A stretch of 64,000 nt of DNA from the human T2T-CHM13v2.0 reference genome, Homo sapiens. The notes beneath the pieces are model-generated. The model made no database searches. It saw nothing but the letters and a program-made list of their open reading frames with translations, and was not told the DNA's origin. Positions 39,751 to 54,040 of the stretch are shown here, in pieces (the first letter of the stretch is position 1; every line of letters begins with the position of its first letter). The position numbers and the translations under genes were made by a program. The DNA is taken from assembly GCF_009914755.1 (NCBI RefSeq), contig NC_060931.1; one strand, written 5' to 3'.

Positions 39751-40372
39751 AGGGAAGTAGTAAAAACATAGAAAAACTATCAAATTATAAGAGTACAATA
39801 TAGTGTTCATATGGGAAAAGTAAGGTAAAATAGCACCAGAATAAAAATCACTTTACATACTTTTCTAAGATACTTGATGGCACTTCTTTGTTGGAATTGA
39901 AGAGAGGATTTCAAATAAATATTTGCATTTTAGTAACAACTGTCAGATTAAACTATATTAGAATCAGTCACAGCATGGGGGAGAAAGAACATTTAGCAGG
40001 TTATTTTAACAATTCTGACAAGACATAATGAGGGTCTAAAAATAGATCAACATTAGGAAGATTTGAATTTCAAAGAGAGAGGTTTGTATTTTTCAACCTG
40101 TTTACCATCAACTTTTGGGGATTTTATGGAGTGATATATGAATTAAGCATTACATGAAAATTGGATAAACAAGACATCCTGCCTATGTAGACACACACAC
40201 AGACACACACACACACACACACAGAGGAGTTTTTAATCTTTAAATATTTGTTTAGTGATAAACTGAAAATCACTTTAAAACGTTAGCGATTCACAGTAGT
40301 TTTTATTAATATTATTGATTAATGAATAATAAAAGCTACTTTCTAACTGAAGTCCATCAAATAATTGAGGAT
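39751..40372 (+). repeat. Inverted repeat arm B (622 bp), partner of 36581-37202
   Basis: Direct reverse-complement comparison. Confidence 0.97.
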
Positions 40373-40402
40373 TATATTCATGCTTAAAAATATCACGAAT
40401 TT

Positions 40403-40610
<208 letters not shown>

Positions 40611-40627
40611 TTATGAATTTATATTGA

Positions 40628-40951
<324 letters not shown>

Positions 40952-42124
40952 CAGTTTATTTTGAGGTATGTAAATAGTTAGATAATGGTGTCATTCATGG
41001 GTGTAAGAAATACAGAAAAAGGAGAAGTCTAATGTGTTCAGTTATGAATGTGTTGATCCTGAAGAACTTACAGAATTGTCCTAAAAGGCAGTTGTACATA
41101 CAAGGAGATAACTGCCTCCTAGAAATGTCTGGCTTTAATATATAAACTTGGAATCTATCATTCTATCTAACTAACGACCTAGCTAATGATTGCTGAGATG
41201 ATAGGGGGATGTGTGGAAAGAGAGGAAGCTGAGCACAGAATTCCTTAAAACAGAAGTCATGAAGAGAAAGCCATCACTATTACTAACTAAAAGTTGTAGA
41301 CAGGAAGGAGTAGTAGAAGACCAAGAAAGACATCCCAACATCTAAGGGAAAAAGGAATATCCTAGTTCCTCAAAATATTTTTCTGAATTCTTGGATGACC
41401 ATAATATATTTTCTTTTGTTCTTACATATTTTGAATCTTTACTACAATTGCTACTTAAATATTACCTACATATAATTATATAAATATCTTCCTTTAAATG
41501 AAGAATAATTATTTAAGCAATCATTTGTCTTCCATTTTAGTAACATTAAAATAATACAACAGAAGGTAATGTGACAGTTTATGAATACTATATCTGGTGT
41601 GTGAATATCTGATCCACTTTGGTAATAAACTGAAAGGTAGCGTAATTTGTTGTAATCCCACCCTATTATTTTCAGAATGCCAGGCAAAAGTTCTCAGTGT
41701 GAGTAATGCCTCAGAAAAATATAAAGTTTTAATATCTTTTAATATCTAATAGTTTTCAGAAATTGCTCATGGAAAGGAATATTGCTTAATAAGGCTAACT
41801 TATCTTCCATTTATGAAAAATCCAGTTTTCCATGAATTCACCCACATTTGTACTGTACAATTAAAGATTGAGAGGGAATTGATGAGCCAGAGCTAAGCAT
41901 CTGTAGCACACATTCAACATTTTGACATGTGTAATTTTAAGACTAGTCAAATTGATATAATTCTAAAATATCACATGTTGTGAGGCTTTGTATTTTTCAC
42001 TTTGCTTGGGTGTAAGGTAAAAATTCCAGGAAATAAAATATTATTACTATTGAATTTATATATAGGAATCTCCTGTTCTTAAATCTATAACCAACTATAA
42101 TTTGCTTTGGCTTAAGAAACAGCA

Positions 42125-42447
42125 AATAATGCTGCAATATACCTGGGCATACAGACATCTCTGCAAGGTGCTGATTTCATTTCCCTGGGTATATAGTCAA
42201 AACTGGGATTGCTGGAATATGTAACAGTTTGTTCTACTTTGATGATGTAATATAAAATGAAATAATTTGCTGTAATTCCACCCCCATTCTATTTTAATTT
42301 TTTTGAGTAACCCCCATGCTGGTTTCCATAATGACTGTACTAATTTACATTCCCACCAACAGAGGACAAGGGTTTCCTTTTCTCCACACCATCGCCAACA
42401 CTTGTTATTGCTTCTTTTCTTGATAACAGCCATTCTAACAAGTGTGA
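42125..42447 (-). mobile_element. Inverted 5' part of a twin-primed L1MA7/8-like element
   Basis: Antisense aataatgctgcaat...tttacattcccaccaacag...cagccattctaacaagtgtgag. Confidence 0.88.
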
Positions 42448-43052
42448 GCCAAGATATGAAAAGAAACCAAAGTGTCAACAGACCAATGGTGAACACATCT
42501 ATTGTGTGTGCGTTTGTGTATGTATACATCAGTAAATATACATATATATATATATATGCACACATATATGCACACTGGAACATTATTCAGTTTAAAGAAG
42601 TGATCCTGTCATTTGCATTGACATGAATGAGTCAGAAAGACATTATGCTAAATGAAATAAGCCAGACTCAGAAAGAAAAATACTGCATGATCTCAGGTAT
42701 ATGTGGAATTTTAAAATTAAAAAGTTGCATACATAAAAATAGAGATTAGAGTGGTGATTACTGGGGCAGGGTATTGGGGGGCGCATGGGGACATATGGGT
42801 CAGAATGAATAAACTAGAGATCTAATATACAGCATGAGGACTATATTTAATAATTGTGTATTATATACTGAAAATGTATTAAGAGAGTAGACTTTAGGTG
42901 CTCTTACCACACTCGCACATACATATATGCATACAAATCAAACGTGTGAGATGACAGATATGTTCATTTGTTTGACTGTAGTAATCAGTCCGCTATGCAT
43001 ATGTATGTCAAAACACTATATAGGTAACCTTATATGTATGCAATAAAGAAAA
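42447..43052 (+). mobile_element. Sense 3' part of the same L1MA
   Basis: agccaagatatg...cattatgctaaatgaaataagccag...tttgactgtagtaatc...caataaag; TSD core CAGCAAATAA at 42120 and 43055. Confidence 0.9.
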
Positions 43053-44944
43053 GGCAGCAAATAAAACTGCACAGATATTTATAGATACATTAGTTTAACA
43101 GTTTTTGCAGAACTTCTCAAATCTTCCCTAGGAGAAAGATTGTCTTTGCTGTTGCCTTTTGTCACTTAAACATCAGTGACTAAGCAAAAGCCTTTCATTT
43201 TCTTGGTGTCAGTTCTAAAAATTCCCTGGGCTGTAAACGACCAATTAGTGCCAAACTGTGAAGACACTTCAGTTATCTTGGTTTAGACCCTGAGCTGAGC
43301 TTTCATTTGTTTGTTAGCAGCCTGATAATTAGATTTCTTCCTGAACATAAGCTAAATTTTAAGAAGGATCCTGGAGTTTTACAAACACATCATTCAGTGT
43401 AGTGTAGTCTAAATCCAACTTGACTATTTTCCCTTTACTCTCTTTTCCTTCATATATTATCCTTTGTAGTGTAAATTACTGCTGCAAAAAAGCACATGTT
43501 AAAATTTACTGAAAATATGCCTTTTCTTTAAAAATAGTCTGTGTATTTTATAAATTAATTCTAATTATATTGTTAATATACTTAAAGTAAAATTTTGATG
43601 TTTAGGTTATAATCTAATCTAACTGTTGTCTTTCTAATCTGAAACAGTATTTTATTTGAAATTCTATATGTGTTATCTTCACATTGCTTTTTTACTTTAT
43701 ATGTTCAATAGTAGAATACCATAGCAAGATTGGTACTTATCTGTGTCTTAAATATTGCAAACGATAAAAAACAATGTTATATAAATTGATGAATTTGATA
43801 ATTGTGAAGTATTTAAAATAGAGAAGTATGATTAGCATTAAGATTTTGTATTATTCTTTAATCACTTTTATATGCCTACAATTATCCTATTAACAGATTT
43901 GTTCAGTATCTCCAACTTATTCCAATATAATTGAGATATTTTTTGTTGTATTCTTATTTTTCATTATAAGGTGATAACCTAATTTACTCCAGGTGTTCTT
44001 ATGGCTCTTTCAAATATAAACTTTGCTGAACATAATGGACCACTTTATGACAAATTTAGAATATGACTACATTTTAAGTTTTTGAATACTTACTATTATA
44101 TTTAAACTTAGTTTATTTGAGGTTACAGAAAAAATCTAAGCAATTTATACCTTTTATACTTAATGCTACTGTTTTGATTCAAACTGACTTTAAAAATAAT
44201 TTAAATAAAATGATTTTTGATAACTTCAGTGTACAGAATTAAATTTTTCAAGAGAATTTTGTGGAAGCCCTGATTAGCCAATTTATTGCTCTTCAGTTTC
44301 TCCTGTCTATATTACCATTGGAGAAACATCCAGCCAACTTGAAAGTTTATTCTCACCAGAATTCTAGGACCAATTTTAATCTCGGTCAAGAGTAATGTGA
44401 ACAGCAAATCCCTCACTTTGAGATTTAGTATTTTTACCATTAGTGTTTCTCTGAATGTGATTTTGTGAGTGTCAGCTCTAGTAATCTCCCTTCTAGCTTG
44501 TTCTCAAACTTATTCCCAAAAAGACATTCAGCTTTGGTCACCCAGTCCTTGCTTTTTTGTGTGTATCTCAGTTTTTGTCATTGAATTCCCTGTGTCCCAG
44601 TATCTACCTTATAAACTGCCTTATCCCCTGCACCACTGTCTAAGAACATGGGACCTTTCTTTTTCCAAATTCTAAAATCAAAAGCTGTCCTGGCTGTCCA
44701 TATTGTCTCTAAATTATTCACTGGGACCCTGCTGTAAATTGACAAACAGCTTTCACATCACCTACTTGTCTGCTTGGATTTCTTAATATGATTAGTGCCA
44801 TCAAATATAATCAAATCAATTCACTAAGACATGAAATGTCAAGAGGCTTCGTTAATTGCTTTCCTTCTCCCCAAAAATAATAGTTTGCTTAAGATGCCTT
44901 TTTTGCTCTACTTCCGGAACAGGATGCGCATGTTCAGAACTTGA

Positions 44945-45328
<384 letters not shown>

Positions 45329-46194
45329 GCCTAATTTCACGACAATTAAACTTATCATGTCCACCATCCTGACAGCATGCTGATCTGCCTAAGCTTGTGT
45401 GTCAGCTCCCCAAAATATAATTCATAAATTCAACTTAAAAAAAAACACCTCGGGGTAAACATATTTTAAAAATTCCACCTCACGACTTCCCCTTAAAGGA
45501 TTAGAGAACTGTTTTCTGTTAGTGTTGAGTCAAAGAATGAACTGAGGATGAGGGAAAGGCAGAACTAAGGGTTGCAGAATTCAGATTGAAAAATGTTGAC
45601 TTTTTAAGTCATCATCCTGAGGGGTGTGCTGACCACAGCCTCTCATTATACCGGAGTATATTAATCCTTTATTGCTGATTACTTACCACAAACTTGAGTA
45701 AAGACCAACAGTATTGATTCAGAGTGGAGATATGGAGCTGGTTTGTAGCCCTGTCAGAGAGCTCCACGGATGTTAGCATATGAAGTCTAACTTTTTAAGG
45801 TGATTTATTTATTCTTATGTGGAATCTTTCATAATACAGAAGTGTAAAAGCAGGGTGATCTCTTCATAGAAATTTAGGGAACATGAAAAATAATTTTAAA
45901 TGCTCAGTACTAGGACTCAAAAGTACAGGAGTCTAAAACTTTGCATGTGTCCATTAAATATTTTTTCTGTTTTAAAATGTGTCTTTACATCAATAAAAGC
46001 ATGCAAGCACACATCCATGTACACATACACTTACATTTCCATTAAACAAGCATCACATAAGAACAAAATATCTTGAAGCAACTTTATTTTCTCTCCCAAT
46101 CATGCTTTAAGTTTATCCCATAGAAGTTAGTCTTTCCCTTTACCAGGATCAAATTTTTGGTCAGAAATGTAAATTTCTCAATAGTAAACATATT

Positions 46195-46491
<297 letters not shown>

Positions 46492-46974
46492 TGAAGTAAC
46501 TTGAAGTCACTACGTGCAAAATTAGTAATTAGTAATTAAATTATCTAGTTCAGGACAGAATGAGGTGGGTGAAAGTTAACATTCCCGGAGGCATCAATTA
46601 GATGAAAGGGGACAAATTACTAAAACATGTAATTGAATGCATCAGAGAACTGTAGAAGCAATAAATACAAGGTTTTCAAAATTTTCACAAAAGACACCTT
46701 GCTGGAAAGACAAAACCAGCAGGAGAAGTGTTTTATGCTCACTGTCAGTGTCCCCTTCAAAACAGGTGTCACAATCTGAAGCTATGTGGTCAGGAGACTG
46801 GGCCTGGGCTGAGAAAATCTGACGATCAAAACAGATCTCCTTCAGGTTTTAGGCTTAGTGTACAGGTAACTTCCAGGGGAGCAAGAAGGGAGTATTTTAT
46901 GTTTCTATTACGAAGTAACAAATTACCACAAATTTAGCAGCTTAAAATATATACATCCATAATGTTACAGTTTT

Positions 46975-47270
<296 letters not shown>

Positions 47271-47499
47271 AATGTTACAGTTTTGTGGAACACTTGGCAA
47301 GCTGGGAAATAAATTTTTGTTGTTTAAGCCAATAAATTTTTGTTGTTTGTTTCTTTTGTCAAAAGAAACAAAACAAAACCCTGCCAATTTAAAATTCTAA
47401 TCCAGCAGAAATATTTATTACCATTAAAGGCTTGCATTCAGGAAAACAAAAGTTTAGGCCATTAACTTTTTTTGTTTTTGTTTTTTTTTTTTGCCAGTT

Positions 47500-48770
47500 G
47501 GTTTTTCTGCAAGAAATACTTTATCTTCAGGATGAAGGAAAATAATTCTAGATTAAAAAATGAAACTAAGGGAAGGAATGAAATACATTAGGAAGGGTAA
47601 ATATATAAGCCCATAATAAACAATATTGGTTGTAAAAAAAAGGTTTTGTGCAACTCAAAATATATGTAAAAATAAAATGCAAAGCAATTATGTATAAAAT
47701 ACATAGCAGGATAAGCAAAGTGAAAAGGTACATGAATTCTAGCAGGACCAGAGACATTTGTATTAGTCTATGACAAGTCAAGGGCTACCACTAAATCATT
47801 GTAATTTTGTAAATATATATGTAGAAAGTTAATTGAAGGGAAAACGCAATAATAACAATACGGAATTAATGCAAAAGATGTAAAGAAATGAATGAAAGGG
47901 GAACATAAGGCAGAAGTGCTAAGGAGGACATAATCATTATGACAGAAGACATAAATCAGTGTCTCAGTAATGACATTATGTATGTGAAAGGAAAATAGAC
48001 CCCAGTCCCCCAAATCACTAAGCCAAGGGAACAGTCAAGCTGGGAACTATGTCAGGCGAGCCTGCCTCCCATTTTAGCTACAAAGAAGATACACACCTTC
48101 CTCACAATTTACCGACAGGAAATTCCTTGTGGACAAAGGACAGACAGAACTCAAAGTCATCATCTAAGCTGACCTGAGACAAATGCATATCTGATTGCTT
48201 CCTCTGCCCTATTGTTTATGTAAAAATGCAGATTCACTGAGCCAGACTAAATTGTATATTCAGTGGGAGGCTGATTAAGGACTCAAAAGAATGCAACCTT
48301 TTGTCTCTTATCTACTTCTAACCTGGAAGCCCCCACTTCAAGTTATCCTGCCTTACCAGACTGAACCAGTGCATATCCTTCACATATTGATTGATGTCTC
48401 GTGTCTCCCTAAAATGTATAAAACAAACTATACCCCCGACCACCTTGGACACATGTTATCAAGACTTCCTGAGGCTATGTCACTGGTGTGTCCTTAACCT
48501 TGGCAAAATAAACTTTCTAAAATGACTGAGACCTGTCTCAGACATTTTGGGTTAACATGTATAAGTGCTTTGAATGCTAATGTCATTGGATTCCAGTGAA
48601 GAAAACAAACCAAAATATAATTCTTGCTTGAAGCAAGCATGAATTATGAGAGAACAAATAGTTTTAAAGAAATGGAAGAAGGTACAAGATGTGAATATTA
48701 AGTAAAAGTAAGGTGAAGAAGCTGGATCAATACAAGACAAAATAAGCATTTAAGTCAAGAAGCACAAGTT
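47500..48770 (+). mobile_element. Degraded L1M (ORF1 end to ORF2 start) split by a MER4A LTR
   Basis: A-rich sense L1: ggaaggaatgaaatacattaggaagggtaaatatat...caagacaaaataagcatttaagtcaag. Confidence 0.5.
47983..48557 (+). mobile_element. MER4A-like ERV1 solo LTR
   Basis: tgtgaaaggaaaatagacccc...cactaagccaagggaacagtcaagctgggaac...ggcaaaataaactttctaa...gggttaaca; perfect TSD TGTA. Confidence 0.9.
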
Positions 48771-48799
48771 GCAAAATCTGAATTCAGAGAAGGGAATGT

Positions 48800-49560
48800 C
48801 TATGGTTGTATCCCTCTTTCCTTTCATATAGGTCTTTTTCTCAACTTCTTCCTCCCCTCCCTAACCACAGTTTTGGAGCCTCCACATTCTTCTGTGTTTA
48901 GAGTTGTGGAGAGGGAGGAGTGACAACTCTCCAGGAGAGTTCTCACTTGACTAGGACCATCACGATGATGTATCATTCATTACGCTTTGTAGATTTACTC
49001 TGTCAGCACCTTGATGGGTTATTAAGAAAGTTTCCCATCTCTGCCAATGTCTATTAGTTCCCTTGACAACAGCACATATTTCCTGTGCAATCAAGTGATT
49101 GCTTGTGATTTCTCCCACATTCTTAGGTAATCAGTATTCTACTACAAAAGTTCCCTAATTCTTTCAGGTGTCTATCATGTATAGGGTTTAAGAAAACCCT
49201 ATGCAGACTTTCTTGAAAGTATGGCCTATATCAGGTACAAAGAAAAATATCTTGTATTTTTTACTTCAACAAATAGAGTCCAAAAGATACCTTTATTTTA
49301 CTATCTTACACCACTTTAGCCTGGCTCTGCCAGCTGTCTATCATGAATTAGAAACCAGTTCACCGTGTACGCAAAGATTTCTAGAAGTTTCCTTATAGCA
49401 TCATCTTGATTTTAAATAAAGAAGGGGCAGTCTCCTCCCTTTGTTTAGAAGAAAAGCAGAATAGCTCACTCTGAAGAAATTCTTCTCATTCTTCTTATCC
49501 CCACCACTTGCCTTCTCAAGCCTTCAAAATGGTTGAGAGTTTTGGAAGTCATCTAATTGG
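48800..49560 (-). mobile_element. Possible ancient LTR (LTR78-like)
   Basis: General resemblance only, e.g. ctggctctgccagctgtc and ggggcagtctcctccct. Confidence 0.25.
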
Positions 49561-49729
49561 TTCTTAGAACACAGAAAAGAACTGCACATTAATTTAGTAT
49601 TTCACATTGGAAGGAGCTTCAGATTAAACTCCCATTTTAATATATAATTAAACATTGATAATTTTTACAAGAATGACTAAAAGTGATTATATAAATTTTT
49701 TTATTTTTTATTTTTTAATCCTTTACAAT

Positions 49730-50332
49730 TGTGTTAGGGATTCCCAAGATCACCCTCAGACTTGATGATTCACTAGAAGGACTCACAAGACTCAGAAAAG
49801 CTATCATACTCAACGGTTACAGTTTATTACACTAAAAGGAAACAATAAAATTGGTAAAGAAAATGTGCAATGGGCAAATCCAGGAGAAGCCAGGCATGAG
49901 CTTCTAGCTGTCCTTTCTCAGGGAAGTTGCATGGGAAGTGCTTAATTCTCCCAGCAACAACATATATGAAGCGTTTCAACTAGGGAAACTCAGCTAGGCC
50001 TTGGTGTATGGGGTTTTTACTGGAAGTCAGTCACACAGACATGCAACACCCTCCTGACTGACCTCAGCTAATAGATTTCATCCATCAGAGCCAGAGCAAA
50101 AATAGTTATGCACCATAAATTATACTGTTACCACAGACTGTCTGCTCAAACTGTTACTATGTGGTCCAAAGCGTCAAGGCATACAAACATACATTTAGGC
50201 AGAATATTACAAGGGCTCATAGCTCATCTTCCAGGAACCATTGAAGGAGACAGGCTTTTTTTTTTTTTTTTTTTTTTCCTGGAATGGGCAGGGTTTAAGC
50301 AACCTAGAGTTGCTGATTTAACTTCCTGCATA
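49730..50332 (-). mobile_element. MER77/MER21-family ERVL LTR
   Basis: cccaagatcaccctcagacttgatgattcactagaaggactcacaagactcagaaaagct motif. Confidence 0.8.
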
Positions 50333-51437
50333 ATAAACTTTTCTTGTTCTTTTACTAAGAATTTTTGAATGTACATTAGTGTAGGAAAATAAACTTACCT
50401 GAATTTCTTCATGCTGTTGTAAAAAGCCCCATCCGTCTAAGACAGAGAGATGTATAAAATATAAAAATAAAGAATGTTTGTTTTTACTTCTCCTGGAAGC
50501 ACTTTATTCTCCATGTGACCTGAAAATTCAATTTGTAGACATTCATTTGGTTAATTACTCTGTTCCAAAAGGGCTAAATGATTACCGAACTGGGCCCCTA
50601 TGTGCCGTGAAGACTATTAAGCTATTTACCTAGATATTTGTTTCAAAAGAGATGAAGCCCTAGAAATTGGAAACATCTCTAGATCATAAAAGCTAAGACA
50701 CAAGACTATCTAGATCCTAGAAATCTTTTTTATATGTAATAAAAGGATAAAGTAGGGAGGAGATTCTTTCAGGATGAGATGGAGGCAGAAGTCTCCCATT
50801 TGTAAGCAGAGAAAAATAATTTTTCCTTGTCCCATGACCATGGAGGGCCCAGCCACTTGCACAGGAAAGATTCCCTTGGCTCTCATCTGTCCCTTCTAAG
50901 GTAAGATCTGGGACAAGGTGGGACAGGCGGTCAACATATTTATTATTTTCTGTAAAGTAATTAAGAAGTCTACTTCCTATGCAGAATACTTCATGTGTGC
51001 ATCCAGAATAAAGTTAATAGTGATAAATATTAAAAAGCCAAAAATTAGGTGACATTTCCATGAATTCTGATATGTAAGTGGAAATAAACCACAAGCAGCC
51101 ATGAAAGTCACATTTGTAACTATACAGGAAGGAGCTTATGAAAGGCAAAGGAAATTATTATGTCATTGAAAGCCAGAGAATACTAAAAATTGACAAGACA
51201 ATATTTCCTGGAAAATTCTGCAGACAAGTGTTGCAAAGTAGCTTTGGATGGGGGTACACCTCACAAGCTCTATTACTAACTGAAAGCAAGGGGTAAGTGG
51301 TTAGGTCAGAAGAAAGAATAAACACTGTGTATAATGCTACAAGAAAACTGGAAGATGGAAAATAGGTACATTTCCAAAACGAAATAAATAAGAATATAAA
51401 AATTATCAAATGTGATGTGATAGATATCAAATAATAA

Positions 51438-51542
51438 TGCAGCACACCAACATGTCACATGTATACATATGTAACAAACCTGCACATTGTGCACATGTAC
51501 CCTAAAACTTAAAGTATAATAAAAAAATAAAAAAATAAAAAA
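51438..51542 (+). mobile_element. Short L1PA 3' end
   Basis: tgcagcacaccaacatgtcacatgtatacatatgtaacaaacctgcacattgtgcacatgtaccctaaaacttaaagtataat. Confidence 0.93.
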
Positions 51543-51727
51543 TCTAATATACATAACATGGGTAGGGAAAATGGAGTAGACAGGGGAAAAATAATATGAA
51601 AAGATTAAAATGATGCAAGTTCTTGAGTTTGTCTATGATGTTTTCTATGGGAAGATTAGGAGGGTTGATGGAAAGGGCAAGCAAAAAAAGTGTCCTCTTA
51701 CTCTAAGAAGAAAAACAATCTTCTAAG

Positions 51728-51926
51728 GTAGGTTTCTCATGTCACAGTAGGGCCTGTGGACTTCTTATCTCAGAATCATCTTAAAAGCTTATTAAAAGTG
51801 CAGAGTGGCAGGTCCTGCCCAAGGCCTATTGATTTGGAAGATTTGGGATTGTGGCCTAAGAACCTGCATTTAACAACATGCTTTGGTGGTTTTTTTTTTT
51901 ACAGACACTAAATTTAGGAAGTAGCT
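51728..51926. mobile_element. MER5A-like hAT-Charlie DNA transposon
   Basis: tcagaatcatc...ttattaaaagtgcaga...ggcctaagaacctgcatttaacaa. Confidence 0.7.
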
Positions 51927-52734
51927 ATCACTTTAAGTGAAAAGTGTCAGAGGAACCATTTCACAGGGGAAGACTGTGCTGCCTTTCAAAAGATTATGTG
52001 GTAGGAATCCAGCTATTAATTCAATTGAGGATAACCCTAGGGACTTATTTGAAGTTATTTAAATCCTGCAAAGTAAGGAGTTTGATGTGAGCTGCAGATG
52101 AGCACATGGATTTAATTTATTTTGGACACTATCAGGAGAAAATGGAGTAGCACTAATGGGAAAACCTGTAGTATTTCCTTCAAACAAGCTGAAGTGACAA
52201 CATGCTCTTTTTCAATAGGAATAAGATAATGGCTAAAAGAATGGTGATCTGCTTAAAAACCAATGGTAATAAACTGATAATATCCATAAAATGGTATATC
52301 ACATGGGGCTTTGATTAATAAATACAAATGATGAGTTGTATTAAGGCAGGAAGGGCAGGAACACCAGGAGGGAAGCAGAGACATTCAATCAATACCCCAG
52401 AGTCTATCAGTCTAGATTACGCCTCTGCATATTTTCTTTTCTTGCAACAGCCTCAGGTAATTGACTCCCTATCACTTTATTTCTGTTGCGTTTCCCTGCT
52501 ACAATCCTAACTTCAGTCCCATAGCTTGCTATGAAAAGATTCACTGGACTCTAACCCCATCCTGCTCTTCTTAATCTCAACAAACTCAGAGTCTCTGAAT
52601 TTGGAACACTAGTAACTGTGCAGTGTCCTACCAAATTCCAACAAAAATGACAAATGAATGGAAACTTAGAAAATTATGAAACTACAAAACTACTGACAAT
52701 TGTTATCTTTAAATAAAACCAAAATAAAAATGGA

Positions 52735-54040
52735 ATTAAGAGATAAGCCTTTTATAAAATATGTGATTTCTAAATAAAGAAAACTTACAATTCAATAATA
52801 AAACTACCCAATTTAAAAATGTGAAAAGTATTTGAATAATCATTATTTCAAGGAATATACACAAGTGGCCAATAAGCCCAAGAAATGACAGGACACATAC
52901 ATCATCAGTCATCAGGGAACTGCAAATCAAAACCACAATGAGATAATGTTTCACACCTACTAGAATGGCTAGAATCAAAAATTCAGATAACAAAGCAATG
53001 TTTGTGAAGATGTACAGAAACTAAAACTCTCATATCCTGATGATGAAAAAGTAAAATGGCACAGCTGTTTTGGAAAACTGGCATCAGATAATTAAACACG
53101 GAGTTACCATATGACACAATAATTCTACTCTTAGGTTTGCACTCAAGGGAGAGAAAACATGTTCACATCAAAACATATACCCAAATGTTTATGGCAGGAC
53201 TATTCATAACAGTTAAAAAATGGAAAAAAAATTCATTGCCCATAAAGCAATGAATAGATTTTTAAAAGTGATATGTCTATATAGTAAAATATTATTCAAT
53301 CTTAAGAAGGAACAAAATACTAATACATGCCAAGACATGGATGAACCTTGAAAACATTTAGCTAAATAAATAAAGCAGGGAAATCTGTAAGGATAAAACC
53401 TAGATTAGTGTTTGCATAGGGACAGAGGCAGGAAATAGGGAGTGATAATTAAAGGTTATGAGGTTTATTTTGGAAGTGATGAAAATGTTCTAAAATTGAC
53501 CATAGTGATGGTTGCATATATCTACTGTTAAAATAAAACTTCAGACAAATTAAATTTAACTGAGTTTAATTAAGCAAGAAAAAAAATTCACTAATTGGGA
53601 AGCCCCCAGAATCACAGCAGACTCAGAGACACCAGGGATGCCTTGTAGTCAGAACAAATTTATAGACAAAAAAGAAAAGTGATGTACAGAACTTGGAAGT
53701 GAGGTACAGAAACAGCTGGATTGGTTACAGCTCAGCATTTGCCTTATTTGAACACAGTTTGAACACTCAGCAGTGTATGAGTGGTTGATGTATGGCTGCT
53801 GGAGTTGGCCAAGACTCAGCTATTGTTACAGGTGCATACTCCTAAGTTAGGTTTTCAGTCTCGTCTATGTATTAAGTTAGGTTACGGCTTGTCCACAAGG
53901 ACTCAAATATAGAAGTATGGAGTCCTTCTCAGGCCATATTTAGTTTGCTTTAACACTATGAATGTACTAAAAACCATTAAGTTGTACACTTTGAGTGAAT
54001 TATATGGTATGTGAACTATATTTCAACTAAGGTATTAAAA
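52735..54040 (+). mobile_element. L1MB-like 3' region interrupted by a MER57 LTR
   Basis: caaatcaaaaccacaatgagata...catggatgaaccttgaaaacatt...gatgaaaatgttctaaaattg; resumes at 53956 with atgtactaaaaaccattaagttgtacactt. Confidence 0.88.
53526..53955 (-). mobile_element. MER57A/B-like ERV1 solo LTR
   Basis: tgttaaaataaaacttcagacaaattaaatttaac...ctcaggccatatttagtttgctttaaca; TSD ctac/ctat. Confidence 0.85.

Noticed and set aside
50370-50940. Possible additional old LTRs here, and at about 11680-11950 and 57680-58480
   Set aside because: They look LTR-like, but I cannot assign a family or boundaries from memory; a Dfam search is needed.
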